Below are positions 1 through 11,841 of a stretch of 64,000 nucleotides of DNA, in pieces. Below the pieces are notes generated by a model that had not been told where the DNA came from, searched no databases, and worked only from the letters and a program-made list of their open reading frames with translations. Position numbers and translations under genes: made by a program. Position 1 is the first letter of the stretch, and each line of letters begins with the position of its first letter. The stretch is from Thermoanaerobaculia bacterium (GTDB lineage Bacteria; Acidobacteriota; Thermoanaerobaculia; Multivoradales; UBA5704): the NCBI GenBank assembly GCA_036264355.1, contig DATARD010000190.1, positions 16,678-80,677 on the forward strand, given 5' to 3'.

Positions 1-2
1 CG

Positions 3-659
3 GCCATCCTCCTCGCCAGCAACGGCGCGGCGGATCCGGGCGCATGGCTCGCCGCGTGGCGGGCGTCCGGCCTCCCGGCTGTGCACCGGGTGGAGATCGC
101 TCTCCCGCCGGCCGTGCTCGACGAATACGCCGGCGTCTACTCGGTCGGCACACAGGCGCACTTCACCATCCTGCGCCGCGGCGAGGGTCTGATCGCCCGG
201 CTCCCGGGCCAGACCTTCGTCCCGATTTTCGCTAGCGCGAAGGACGAGACCTTCTTGAAGGTAGTCGACGCGCAGCTCAGCTTCCGCCGCGACGCGTCCG
301 GCAAGATCGCCGGTCTGACCCTGCACCAGAACGGCTTGGAGATCTCCGCCACCCGCGACGCCGGGCCGGCGCCGCACATCGAGTTTCCGGGCGCCGCCGC
401 GCTGGCCGACTACGTGGGCGTGTACGACTACGGCCAGATCAAGCCCGGCGACACACTGACGATCACCCAGGAGGGCGAGCAGCTCCGCGCGCGGCACACC
501 GGACAGGCGTTGCCTGTCTTCTCGGTGGGCAAAGACCGCTTCGAATACGACGCCGACCTCGCCGTCGCATCCCTGACCTTCGAGCGGGACGCCGCCGGCA
601 AAATCACCGCGGCGGTTCTCCACCACGGCGGTCAGGAGATACGGGCTCCACGGCGGTGA
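3..659 (+). CDS. Partial (5'-truncated by window) serine hydrolase/beta-lactamase-family protein C-terminus with two tandem DUF3471-like domains
   Basis: Frame is open from the window start (AILLASNG..., typical end of a beta-lactamase fold). Two repeats follow: 'LDEYAGVY..G..FTI...G..L.A' and 'LADYVGVY...LTITQEGEQL...FERDAAGKITAAVLH.GG'. Confidence 0.75.
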   Translation, partial: AILLASNGAADPGAWLAAWRASGLPAVHRVEIALPPAVLDEYAGVYSVGTQAHFTILRRGEGLIARLPGQTFVPIFASAKDETFLKVVDAQLSFRRDASGKIAGLTLHQNGLEISATRDAGPAPHIEFPGAAALADYVGVYDYGQIKPGDTLTITQEGEQLRARHTGQALPVFSVGKDRFEYDADLAVASLTFERDAAGKITAAVLHHGGQEIRAPRR

Positions 660-1874
660 GGTTCGGCATGGTCCCGGACGGCAAACCGGTCGATCTCAAG
701 CTGGCGGCCACCCTGGAGGACACCACCTCCTGGCAGCTTCGCTGGCGGCTGGGTCTGCCGGCGGGAACGACGCTCACCGCCGAGGAGCGGAAGAGCCGGC
801 AGGAGGTGTTGAAACGATGGGTCGACGAATGGACCAACCTCCCCCGGCGCCGAGCCCGGCCTCGAGACGGCGGCGCGGATGGCCGGCTTCGTCCAATCCC
901 TCCCCTACCGCGACATCGCCTGGGGCCTGACGGCCTTTCGGCCCGCCCCTCCCGGAGAGACGCTCCGCAGCCTTTCCGCCGACTGCAAGGGCAAGGTGCT
1001 GCTGCTCCAGGCCCTCCTGAGCGAGGCGGGAATCGAGTCCACTCCCGTCCTCTGCCACAGCGGGCCGGGATACCAGAACGAGCCGGCCGTGCCCAGCCTC
1101 CTCGCATTCGACCACGCCGTGCTGGCGGTCCACCTGCCGGGCGCCGCGACCTGGCCGGGAGCGCTGGCGGACGGACCCGGCCAGGGCTGGCTGCTTTTCG
1201 ATCCGACGAACCCTCTGGCCACCTTCGGCTTGCCGCCTCCCAACCTGGAGAACGGCTACGGCCTGTGGCTCGGATCGCCCGGAGGCGGCCTCTTCCCCAT
1301 CCACACCCGCCAGCCCGGCTGCCACCGCGTCGACGCCGCGCTCGCCGTCGAGCTGACCGGAAGCGGGGAGGCTCGCTGGAAGCTGACCACCTCCGGGGAC
1401 AGTCCCATGAGCCTTTCCCTCACCGCTCTCTACCTCAACCAGGGAGACGCCGAGCGCTTCCGCCAGCATCTCCAGGAATCTTTCCGCCCCAGCGTGCCCG
1501 GCGCGGTTCTCGCCAGCGTTCACTTCGACCCGCCTGACCACCGGGTGCACCAGCCCGCACGCCTGGAAATCGGCGGCACGATCCCGCACTCCCTGCAACC
1601 GGTCGGCGGCGGCCTCTCGACCTTGTTCTGCTTGCGCGGCGACATCTCCCTCACCCTGCCGGCCGGATGGACGGTGGCGGCCCGGCCTGCGCTGCACCCG
1701 GTCGCCAGCCCATGGCTCGCGGCGCGCACCGCGGACGAGCCGGGCTGGAACGTCACCGTGGAGATCCCCCGCGGCCGCTTCGCGGCCGGCAGCGAGAAGC
1801 AACGGCGCGCCGATCTCAATGCCCTGGCAGCTCTCTTCCGGCAACCGTTCCTCTTAAAAGCGCCGGGCACCTGA
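656..1874 (+). pseudogene. Transglutaminase-like (DUF3857-associated type) protein, frameshifted at the C run near 841-845 and apparently N-terminally short
   Basis: ORF 879-1874 has 'ADCKGKVLLLQALL..AGI..PVL' and 'FDHAV...LFDPT' (Cys-His-Asp triad). Its frame continues upstream as PGAEPGLETAAR, and ORF 656 joins it if one C is removed from the C5 run. Confidence 0.65.
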
Positions 1875-1900
1875 CGCCGCGTTCGAGCGGCAGAGGATGC

Positions 1901-4900
1901 TCAGCGCTTGAGGTTCAGAGCCGGGTCTCCCAGGAGTGTGTACAGGCGCAGCATGCGCCGGTCGCTGCCGGTGGTGGCGGCGTAGGCGTTCAGGCCGCGC
2001 AGGAGCCGGTCCCCGAGCCGGCCTCCTCCGGAGGCCGAGAGCTGCGGCAGCAAGGAGAGCCCGAGGTTGCTCGCCGGTGCGTTGTAGGACAGCCACGTCG
2101 GCCCATAGAGCGCGATGACTCCGCCGTCCGGCTGCATCACGAGCTCCTCGCCCAGAGAGCTGACGGTCGGATAGGCGAATTGCGAAATGAGACAGGTCAG
2201 AGCGGTCAGCACAGGGAGGTGTGGCGCGTTGCCGAGTTGGGCCACGTCGGAAGTTACGAGCAGGCCCTCCGAAGCCAGACGGTCGAGCCCGCCGTGGCCG
2301 ACGTAATTCATGAGGGACTGCCCCTGGCGGAGCGCGCCCTGGAGCTGCGCCCGGCTGGCTTGCATTTGCGTCGCGTCAGAAGAGGGCGGGATGTAGACCC
2401 GGGTGAGCGAAAGCGCTGCGGGGAGGCCCGCCGCCATGAGGTCGCTCGCCGCCGGGAAATCGCCCGCGGTATCCGCATCGTCGGCGGCCAACAGCGCCCG
2501 GCCGGTCCAGGCGCCGCCCGGGTCGCTCTCATAGGCGGCGAGCTTGTCGACGTAGGCGTGCATCTCCGCGGCATTGAGCGCCGGGATCCGGCCGATGGCC
2601 ACCGCCGGCACGCCGCCGCCGTCGAGGTCGGCGAAGAGGGAGTCGGCCGGCGCGAGCCCGGCTTCGGTCGCCACCAGAAGCGGCGGCATCAGGTTCGACG
2701 AGAGGCCCAGAAGGTTGCGGTAGTCGTAGGTGCCCTTGCCGGCCAGTACGACGTAGCGGGGCGGCACCGGCCAGGACCGGATGGCGTAGGCGAGGAAGCG
2801 CTGGACAGCCGCCGGGTCGTAGAGGCCGTCCGCGAACAGATCCATGACGTCGCTCAGGTCGACGACCAGGGTGGAGAGCCCCTGGGCGGCTCGCAGGTCG
2901 GCCAGACGTTGCGCCTCGGCGTGGAGCTCCTTCGGGCTGATGACCAGGTAATTGGCGCCGCGCGCATTGCGCAGGTCCTCCGGGGAGCTGCCCCGCACGC
3001 TCGTGCCGGAGAGCGCGCCGCCGGTGGCCGCGACGTAGGGTCCGGCGTCCGGGGCGAGGAAGGAGACGCCCCAGGAGCCGTCCGCCTGAGGCTGTGCCGG
3101 CAGGCCGCCGAGCCGCCGCGGCGCCAGGGGCTGCGCGATGTCATAGACGGCGACGTCGGAGGAGTGGAAGCCGGTCAGCGCGACCGCTCCTCCCTGCACG
3201 GCGCGGAAGGAGAGACGGTCGGCGTCCGCCCGGTACAGGCGCGGATAGGTGAGATCGAAGGAGTCGAGCCAGAAACCGAGGTCCGCCTCGAGGGCGACGA
3301 TCTCGATCTGGTTGGCGCCGTCGAGCAGAGCCCCCGCGGGCAGCGCCACGGTCACCGTCGCCGGTCCGCTCCCCTGCCATTCCAGATCGCTGACGTGATG
3401 GCCGTTGAGCCGGAGCTCGGCGCGCTGCTCGGCGGCGAACCCATAGAGATGGACGGCCAGCGACGACGCCCCCGGGGCCGGAGCCGGCACGAGGACCGGG
3501 AAGGTCGCCCGGTCGAAACCCGGATACCCGGGATAGAAGTTCTTCCAGATCCAATAGTCGTCCACCGGCACCGCTGCCGCGACCGCCGGGATGGCGTCGG
3601 TCTCCAGATGGAGGACGTCGGTGAAAGAGCTGGCGGCAGGGCCGCCGGCCGCTGCCACGGCCAGGGTCTGCGCGAGCTGGCCGGTCCCGAGGTTCAGCCA
3701 ATAGACGTTGGTGTCGGTGAACGCGTTGTGGATCGCCTCGCCGTAGAAGACGAGGCCGTCGCCATCGGCCGCGGCCTGCCAGGACACGTCCTGACCGCCC
3801 CGGCTCAAGTGCAGGCGCCCGGCGCGGAGCTGGGCCGCGGCTTCGTCCAGCGAGACGCCGAGGCCCGCCGCGACGTCCGCCGTCCGCGCGCGTTGCAGGC
3901 CGCTCCGGGTCACCTCCACCCGGGCTCTCCGGGCCGGCGCCGGGCTCACCGGCTGGGCCGCCGGCTGGAGTGAAGCGGCGCCCCGTTCCCGGGCGTGGAC
4001 GGCCCGGGCGAGACGCGGCGAGACCTCCTTGCCCTGCGCATGGAAGTCGCCGCCGCGATCGTCCGCGGGAGCCGCGCCATCCAGCGCTTCGACCTTGAAC
4101 GGACCGAACACCTCGCGCGCTCCGCTCTGATCCACTTCGGTCAACCGGTACGTGAGGGCCGCGCCGCGCCGCGCCTCCGGATCGACCAGGACATACCGGC
4201 CGCCCGGGAGCTGCGCCACCGCCGGCACCGGACGCTCCGTCACGCGCACGAAGCGGCCGCTCGCCGGGTCCAGGCGCTCGACCTCGAACGCGGCGGTGCC
4301 GACTTCGGCCGCGGTGTCCCAGGTAAGGATCACCCGGCCGCCTTCCGCCGCCGCGCTGAACGAGGAGACGCGGGCGAACGTCGCCTGGTTGGAGACCGCG
4401 AAGCTGCACGTCACGGTGGCGGATTGAGCCACCTCGCTCGTCCACGCGGTCGGTCCGGTGTTCGACCAGTAGGTGGTGACGGTCTGGTTGATCGTCGTGC
4501 CGCTCGCGACCGAGGGGTCGACGTAGAACTGGTACGTCATGCTCCCGGATTCATTGGGGCCGATGATTCCCGAGCTGGAGCCCGACAGGGTCGTGTTCTT
4601 GGGCACCCACACCACCTGGCTGTTGGTCGTGTCGACCGTGACCGAGCCGCCGGTCGTCTCGTTCGGCGTCGCGGGCGAGGACGCGGAATTGAGCATCTGT
4701 CCCTGAGCCGAGTTGTAGCCGACCTTGAAGCGCACGAAGCTCGCCGTGCCGCACTCGAAGCGCTCCGTAACGCCGCCGGACGGCACGGTCGCCGTGCAGC
4801 TCGCCGGAGCCGTGTTCGTGAAGCTCACCGTACAGGCGCTCGACTGCCCCGGCCGCACCGGCGCCGGGGTGCAGGTGCACGACGGGGCGAGGCGGGCCAC

Positions 4901-5620
4901 CGGGATGTTCGAGTTGATCACCTGGCAGTTGCACTTCGAGCCGGTGCCCGGCATGACGTCGTTCTCGCTGCTGCACACCCCGCCCGGTCCGACCTGGCCC
5001 TTGTTGTTGCCCCAGGTGGTGCAGGTGGGAATGTCGACGAAACCGTCCGGCTGCGTGCTGGTGCCAGCGCCGATCGCATCGGTGCATTTGATGGTGATCG
5101 GCTGCGTGAATTTCATGAAGACGTCGACGCCGCCGCACTGCCCTTTCACCAAATCGGCGCAACCGTTGCCGTCGTCGTTGTAATAGGGACCGCTGCCGCC
5201 GGTGAGATTGAGCGGCCCGCAGGTTCCGACGCCGGCCGTGCCATACGCCGGCTTCAGGGTCTCGACGGCACACTGCTGGCCGCTCAAGGCGTTCGGCGTC
5301 GGATCGCCGGTCCCCAGGTAGTCGTAAATGAACAGCCCAATGTCATAGCGTGTCTGCGCACCCGTATTCTGCAGCTTCGCCCCGAGGTAGAGCGACACCG
5401 TGTCGCCGGTGCTGACACAACCGTCGGTCTGGTCTCCCAGTCCGACCAGGATCAAGGTCACGTCGTTGGCGGTGCAACTGTTGCCCGGCGAGAGGGGTGA
5501 CTGAAGGTTGCCGACGCACTGGGAATTCGTGTTGACGGCCACCGCCGTGCCAGAGACGAGGAGACCGGCGCTCAAAAGAGCTCCCGGCAAGAGACCCGGT
5601 ATCAAATTGCGTACTTGCAT
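1901..5620 (-). CDS. Secreted C25-family (gingipain-like) cysteine peptidase with a Cys-rich N-terminal region
   Basis: Signal peptide MQVRNL...AVA and RBS GAGGTG. C25 motifs 'NYLVISP', 'YVVLAGKG', 'NYVGHGG' (His), 'LTCLISQF' (Cys), 'LLGDPAL'. Confidence 0.85.
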   Translation of the reverse strand: MQVRNLIPGLLPGALLSAGLLVSGTAVAVNTNSQCVGNLQSPLSPGNSCTANDVTLILVGLGDQTDGCVSTGDTVSLYLGAKLQNTGAQTRYDIGLFIYDYLGTGDPTPNALSGQQCAVETLKPAYGTAGVGTCGPLNLTGGSGPYYNDDGNGCADLVKGQCGGVDVFMKFTQPITIKCTDAIGAGTSTQPDGFVDIPTCTTWGNNKGQVGPGGVCSSENDVMPGTGSKCNCQVINSNIPVARLAPSCTCTPAPVRPGQSSACTVSFTNTAPASCTATVPSGGVTERFECGTASFVRFKVGYNSAQGQMLNSASSPATPNETTGGSVTVDTTNSQVVWVPKNTTLSGSSSGIIGPNESGSMTYQFYVDPSVASGTTINQTVTTYWSNTGPTAWTSEVAQSATVTCSFAVSNQATFARVSSFSAAAEGGRVILTWDTAAEVGTAAFEVERLDPASGRFVRVTERPVPAVAQLPGGRYVLVDPEARRGAALTYRLTEVDQSGAREVFGPFKVEALDGAAPADDRGGDFHAQGKEVSPRLARAVHARERGAASLQPAAQPVSPAPARRARVEVTRSGLQRARTADVAAGLGVSLDEAAAQLRAGRLHLSRGGQDVSWQAAADGDGLVFYGEAIHNAFTDTNVYWLNLGTGQLAQTLAVAAAGGPAASSFTDVLHLETDAIPAVAAAVPVDDYWIWKNFYPGYPGFDRATFPVLVPAPAPGASSLAVHLYGFAAEQRAELRLNGHHVSDLEWQGSGPATVTVALPAGALLDGANQIEIVALEADLGFWLDSFDLTYPRLYRADADRLSFRAVQGGAVALTGFHSSDVAVYDIAQPLAPRRLGGLPAQPQADGSWGVSFLAPDAGPYVAATGGALSGTSVRGSSPEDLRNARGANYLVISPKELHAEAQRLADLRAAQGLSTLVVDLSDVMDLFADGLYDPAAVQRFLAYAIRSWPVPPRYVVLAGKGTYDYRNLLGLSSNLMPPLLVATEAGLAPADSLFADLDGGGVPAVAIGRIPALNAAEMHAYVDKLAAYESDPGGAWTGRALLAADDADTAGDFPAASDLMAAGLPAALSLTRVYIPPSSDATQMQASRAQLQGALRQGQSLMNYVGHGGLDRLASEGLLVTSDVAQLGNAPHLPVLTALTCLISQFAYPTVSSLGEELVMQPDGGVIALYGPTWLSYNAPASNLGLSLLPQLSASGGGRLGDRLLRGLNAYAATTGSDRRMLRLYTLLGDPALNLKR

Positions 5621-5638
5621 CGAAGCACCTCTGCTTCC

Positions 5639-5660
5639 AAACTAGGATTGTTGCTAGTTT
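5639..5660 (-). promoter_or_regulatory. Palindrome AAACTAG-N8-CTAGTTT between a putative extended -10 (TGGTAGAAT) and the RBS of the C25 gene; possible operator or 5' hairpin
   Basis: Perfect 7-bp inverted repeat; AT-rich in a GC-rich background. Confidence 0.4.
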
Positions 5661-5822
5661 CGCCTGATTCTACCAGAAGTCATCGAGCCCCCCACGCCAG
5701 GACGGGCGCCCGGCCTCCAGTCGGAGCTCCGAAGGCGGAAGAGAGGCGGGAGGATACGACACCGGATCTGCCACCGCGGCGGGGCGACGGCGGCTCATTG
5801 AAACGCCGGCAGCTCACCAACC

Positions 5823-5978
5823 CTAGTCGGGTTGACCTTCTCGAGCGGCGCTCCCGCCGTGCCACCATTTCAGGACCCGCAACGCACGGAGCGTGTTCCA
5901 GCGGCTCGGCGTGCCGAGGGGCTCGAGCTCGAAGTGCGACTTGCCTTTGTAATAGCTCTCCAGCAACCAACGACCGTC
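5823..5978 (-). pseudogene. C-terminal remnant of a prenyltransferase/squalene-cyclase-repeat-like conserved protein
   Basis: 'DGRWLLESYYKGKSHFELEPLGTPSRWNTLRALRVLKWW' matches the recalled conserved C-terminus of that family. No corresponding N-terminus is present upstream. Confidence 0.55.
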
Positions 5979-5984
5979 CCGCGG

Positions 5985-6013
5985 CCGGCCGGTCCCCTCA
6001 GGAGACCGGCCGG
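5985..6013 (-). terminator. GC-rich hairpin downstream of the Cys-rich gene
   Basis: CCGGCCGGTC-N9-GACCGGCCGG, 10-bp stem; no clear U tract. Confidence 0.4.
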
Positions 6014-6025
6014 TCCGGCCGGGCC

Positions 6026-6670
6026 TTACTTGCCAGAAGCCTGCCCACACATTTGCGGCGGAGGTTGATGGGTCGCGTCGCCGAAAATCTTGTTGATGAG
6101 GGCGTACTCCTTCGGCGTGCCGCCCTGCCACAGTCCGTTCGTGCACGCGGCCTTGTCGCAGCTCCCTCCCTGCGTCCAGAAAGCCTTGCTGTCGTACTTG
6201 ATCGGGCACGTGCAGTGCGCATGCTTCGGATCGGCCTTGTCGACGAGGCACGGATAACCGAAACAGACCGTCCGCGGCCCCCCGGCCGGGCATTCCAGAT
6301 ATTTGTCGGGGAGAGCGAAGGAGTAGGTCGAGAGGATGTATTCGCCGCCGTTGCTCCCCGTGACGGGTTGGCGGTTGGCGCACGGGCCGGGTCCCAGGTT
6401 CTTCCCCGTCTCGACGACACACTCGCACAGCGCGTGCTTGGGCTTCGCCGCCGGCTTGGACCCCGGCAGGGCGCCCTGCTCGGGGATCGGCGTACAGGCC
6501 GCCGCGTCGCACAACGCATAGGTGCCTTCACACATCACGAGCCCATGGTCGTGAGACGATCCGGCCTTGCCCTTGTCCGCGCCGAACACCGCCCCTGCGC
6601 AGCAGAGAGCCAAGCTCACCACCGCCCAGGTCGTACGCGACTTACAAAGAGACAGCACGTTTCTGAACAT
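6026..6670 (-). CDS. Secreted cysteine-rich hypothetical protein (14 Cys in the mature part)
   Basis: RBS AAGGAGG before ATG at 6670; signal peptide ending AVFG-A; CxC pairs. Confidence 0.75.
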   Translation of the reverse strand: MFRNVLSLCKSRTTWAVVSLALCCAGAVFGADKGKAGSSHDHGLVMCEGTYALCDAAACTPIPEQGALPGSKPAAKPKHALCECVVETGKNLGPGPCANRQPVTGSNGGEYILSTYSFALPDKYLECPAGGPRTVCFGYPCLVDKADPKHAHCTCPIKYDSKAFWTQGGSCDKAACTNGLWQGGTPKEYALINKIFGDATHQPPPQMCGQASGK

Positions 6671-6770
6671 GACGTCCTCCTTGTCGTCCATCGGTTAGAG
6701 GTTTCGTCAGCCTACACCGCGTTCCGAAGCAGGGTCAACGGGGGTGCGATCGATCAGGCCCGGATGTGTC

Positions 6771-9700
6771 TCAGCTCGGGGAAGGCTTCACAATCACACC
6801 CTCCCCCTTCCGCCCGTTCATCTTCACCAGCAACGGCTCGGCGAGCCGCAGGTGGCGGACGTGGTCTTTGTGGCTCTCGTCGGGCTGGGCGTCGAGCCAG
6901 GCCCAGTCGAGGGAGCCTCCCTTGTCGTCGGCGTTGAGGGTGAAGTAGCCGACGTTGAAGGCGGTCAGGTTCTGGAAGAAGTGGCTGCCTTGCGAGGGCG
7001 TCACTTTGAAGTCGCGGAGCCCGGCTTCGACGATGACCTGGGCTCCGGAGACCTGGTCCCAGGTGACGGGGATGCCGAGCCAGGGGTCGCGCGAGCCCCA
7101 GCGGCCGACGCCGATGAGGAGGTAGGGCGTGTGGGCGGCACGGAGCTCGCCGTTCAAGCGGGCGATCTCGGCCGCCGCTTCGCGGCTTTTTGATCTTTCG
7201 AAGCGCTGGAAGTCCACCACCACGATGTCGTGGATGCCTTCGAGACGGCCGTTGCCGAGGACGGACCGGCTGTGGCAGAGGATGTCGGCGCCCTGGACGT
7301 CGCCCAATTCGATCGCTTCATGCTCCTGGGCGAGGGCGAGCGGGCGCATCTGGAGGACGCCGAACTCTTTCGGCTTGCCGCGCCGCGGGCTCAGGTTGAC
7401 GGCGAATTCGATCTCGACCGGGCCTCCCATCCCCTCCTCCCCTTTGTCCATCAGCACCTCGAGGATCGCGGCGAGCGGGAAGAGGCCGTGCTTGAGGAGC
7501 GGCGCGAAGGTAACGATCCGCGGGCCGGGGCGGGAGATGCCGTCGTAGACCGCGTCGTTGTCGCGGGAGTAGGTGGAGGCCACGGCGGCGAGTGTGCCGT
7601 CGGCTTCGGCTGTTTCCAGCCCGAACGATTCTTCCCGCATCTCCGCGCCGCCGGCCAGGGGCAGCGCCCAGAAGGTGCGCTGGGTCGAACCGAGCATGTC
7701 CGCCACCGTCGCGAGCTGCGGGACGTTCTGCGGATAGCGCGGACAGAAACGCAAGCAGTCTCCGCCTTCGACGATGGCGCGGCCCAGCCCGAGCGCCACG
7801 GCGGCGACGCCGTCCTCGGCGGCGGTGGCCGGCGCGGGATAGAAATTGTGCGAGCGAGCGACCCCGGAGAGATCGGGATAGAAACGTGAGGCGTGTGCGG
7901 AGCCGACGATCCGTTGCAGCATCACCGCCATCTTTTCCTCCTCCAACCGGTAGGAGGTGGCGTTGAGATACATCTTGGCGTTCTGGCTGAAGGTGGACGC
8001 GTAGACGCGCTTGACGGCGAGGATCACCTGATCGCGGCGCTCTTCGATCGTGGGCGCGTTGTTGGGCAGCATCAGGGTGTCATAGACGCCGGTGAACGGG
8101 TGGTGTTGCGAATCCTCGAGCAGGCTCGACGAGCGCACGGCCAGCGGATCGCGGACTTTGTCCAGCCAGGCTTCGACGTCGCGCGCTGCCGCCTCGGGAA
8201 ACGCCGCGGCGGCAAAACGTGCGGCGATCTCCTGATCGTCCGCGCAATCGATGGCGAAGCGACGCAGGTGATTGTGGTCGAGAAAGTGATCGAACACGTC
8301 GGTGGCGATCACCGCCGTGGTTGGAATGGCGATCTCGACGCCGCGAAAGCGCCGCCGCACGGCATGCGACGACAGCAGGCGGCGGACGAAGGCGAGCCCG
8401 CGGGCCTTGCCGCCGAGCGAGCCGGCGCCGATGCGGTGGAAGCCGCCCGCCGGATCGAACGTGATGCGGTCGAAGTCGGCCACCACCCGTTGTCCCTGCT
8501 CATAGCGGTAGGCGGCGATCGATTCGATCAGGTCCTGGCGCAGCTCCTCGGCGCCTCCCTCGTAGTGCTCCGGCTTGCGCGGCCGCAATGCCTCGGCGAG
8601 GGCGAACTCGGTCCGCGCCTTGAGCCAACGGGAGAAATGATTGCGCGCGCCGTGGAACTCGATCGATTCGCCGGGAACGGTGCGCAGGTTTTCCTCCAGC
8701 TTGCGCAGATTGCCGGCGCGGCCGACCTCCTCACCTCCCGCCTTACGATAGAAGACGAAGTCGCCGAAGCTGAAATCCTCCAGCATGATGGTGTGCAGAT
8801 CGTCGAGCATGTTCGCCGAGCCCTTGAGCAGGAAACGCGCTTCGACCTCGCGGGCGAGCTGTGCATATTCCGGCTTGGTGGAGTGCAGGACGATCGGAAT
8901 GTCGGGATGGGTTGCGCGCACGTTCTGGGCGAAGAGCGCGCCCGCTTCCGGCAGCGGCTTCTCTCCATGCGCCAAGGGGAATTCGACGTCCGAAATGATG
9001 CCCAGCACGTCGTCGCGGTAGGCGTCGAAAGCCGCCTGCGCTTCCTCGAACGTCGTGCACAGGAGCACCTTGGGCCGCGCCCGCATGCGCAGGATCTTCT
9101 GGGAAAAATTGAGCGCTTCCGAGATCACCCGCTGCGAGTGATGGAGGAGCTCGGAATACATGGCGGGCAGGAACGAAGAGTAGTGGCGGACGACGTCTTC
9201 GATGAGCAGGATGACCTGCACCCCCACGGCCCGCGTGTCGTGCTCGACGTTGCGGCGGTCCTCGACCGATTTGATGATCGCCTGGAGGATGCGGGCATCC
9301 CCTTGCCAGAGAAAGGCGCGTTCGATCGCCGACTCTTTGCCGTGGGAGCCGCCGGTGAAACCGTTCAGCTCTCCCGGGTCCCAGGCGAGCAGCACGACCG
9401 GGATGTCGCGCACCTTTTTGACCGCCGCCGCCAAGCGGTCGGGGTTCATGTCGGCAACGTGCGGCGTGGTGACGATCAGATTGATGCTGTCCTGCCGCTT
9501 GATGAGGCTGAGCGCTTCGGCGCCGGTCGACACGCCGGTCAAGCCGGGCGCATAGTGGAGATCCAGGTTGCGGAACTCACCCATCATCCGCTCGCTGAGC
9601 TCGCCGGCCTCTTCGAGCAGGAATCGATCATAGGGAGTGGCGACCAGGAGGATGTGCAGGATGCGATAACGCATCAAGTCCTGGTAGTCATGAAACAGGG

Positions 9701-9782
9701 GGCGGACGGGCCGCCCCCTGGTGTCGCTTCCGGTCTCTGCGGGATCTCCGGGCACTGTCTCTCCGGGTGTCTCTCCGGGCAT
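6771..9782 (-). CDS. PEP/pyruvate-binding (PPDK_N ATP-grasp) domain protein with N-terminal receiver-like domains
   Basis: 'GSLGGKARGL', 'LAVRSSSLLEDS..PF.GVY.T', 'EEEKMAV', 'EIEFAV', 'LQMRP' motifs; N-terminal CheY-like segments ('LIVTTP', 'IISDVEFP'). Confidence 0.85.
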   Translation of the reverse strand: MPGETPGETVPGDPAETGSDTRGRPVRPLFHDYQDLMRYRILHILLVATPYDRFLLEEAGELSERMMGEFRNLDLHYAPGLTGVSTGAEALSLIKRQDSINLIVTTPHVADMNPDRLAAAVKKVRDIPVVLLAWDPGELNGFTGGSHGKESAIERAFLWQGDARILQAIIKSVEDRRNVEHDTRAVGVQVILLIEDVVRHYSSFLPAMYSELLHHSQRVISEALNFSQKILRMRARPKVLLCTTFEEAQAAFDAYRDDVLGIISDVEFPLAHGEKPLPEAGALFAQNVRATHPDIPIVLHSTKPEYAQLAREVEARFLLKGSANMLDDLHTIMLEDFSFGDFVFYRKAGGEEVGRAGNLRKLEENLRTVPGESIEFHGARNHFSRWLKARTEFALAEALRPRKPEHYEGGAEELRQDLIESIAAYRYEQGQRVVADFDRITFDPAGGFHRIGAGSLGGKARGLAFVRRLLSSHAVRRRFRGVEIAIPTTAVIATDVFDHFLDHNHLRRFAIDCADDQEIAARFAAAAFPEAAARDVEAWLDKVRDPLAVRSSSLLEDSQHHPFTGVYDTLMLPNNAPTIEERRDQVILAVKRVYASTFSQNAKMYLNATSYRLEEEKMAVMLQRIVGSAHASRFYPDLSGVARSHNFYPAPATAAEDGVAAVALGLGRAIVEGGDCLRFCPRYPQNVPQLATVADMLGSTQRTFWALPLAGGAEMREESFGLETAEADGTLAAVASTYSRDNDAVYDGISRPGPRIVTFAPLLKHGLFPLAAILEVLMDKGEEGMGGPVEIEFAVNLSPRRGKPKEFGVLQMRPLALAQEHEAIELGDVQGADILCHSRSVLGNGRLEGIHDIVVVDFQRFERSKSREAAAEIARLNGELRAAHTPYLLIGVGRWGSRDPWLGIPVTWDQVSGAQVIVEAGLRDFKVTPSQGSHFFQNLTAFNVGYFTLNADDKGGSLDWAWLDAQPDESHKDHVRHLRLAEPLLVKMNGRKGEGVIVKPSPS

Positions 9783-9792
9783 CGGCCGCCGT

Positions 9793-11301
<1,509 letters not shown>

Positions 11302-11347
11302 TCAGGTGGAGAGGGACGCGCGGAGAGGCTGGGAGCGGGGGGCACCG

Positions 11348-11832
11348 TCAGGGTGCGATGAAGCCGTCCTCGCAAGCGAGGTCCGTCGCGGCAGCCACGA
11401 GCTCCAAGAAGATCGTCCGGTAGAAGATGTGCGTGCGCCCGTACCGGGTCTTCAGGTCGACAGCCAGCATCCAGAGCTTCTTCCAGAGCTTGTATACAGC
11501 GCCCGGGTCCGGATCGCCATCGATATTGCCCAATGCGTCGAGGATGCAACTGATGAGAACTCTCGGCTTCCCCTCATGGACATGCAGGTCTCTCCCCTTG
11601 ATGTCGCTGAGGGTAAACGGCTCAGGTCGTGAATGGAGACTCGGCAGGACTCGAGATGGCTGAGGATGCGGCTGAGACGGCCTTGGCCCCGCTCGGCAAG
11701 CTCGAGGACACAACGCGGCTTACGACCCAGAGCGACCAGAATGGAGACGAGGGCCACGAAGTTGCGTTCGTACCCACTATCATAAGGAACGTTGAGGAAG
11801 ACGCTCCGCTCGTCTGGAGTGTTCCCTGCCAT
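11348..11832 (-). pseudogene. TIR-like/nucleoside-deoxyribosyltransferase-like hypothetical protein with an internal deletion and frameshift near 11615
   Basis: N-half 'SVFLNVPYD..YE...RLSRI...SIHDLSR' (ORF 11452-11832) joins directly, out of frame, to C-half 'LSDIKGRDLHVHEGKP..' (ORF 11348-11713). The recalled central 'RFNMPFELG' block is missing. Confidence 0.55.
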
Positions 11833-11841
11833 GAGGCCGGG

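Noticed and set aside
1667-3973. Long antisense ORFs (e.g. 1667-3973, 3995-5500, 7893-9833, 9721-11136, 42563-45025, 57173-58909)
   Set aside because: They lie opposite well-supported genes; this is the expected stop-poor antisense artefact in GC-rich DNA.
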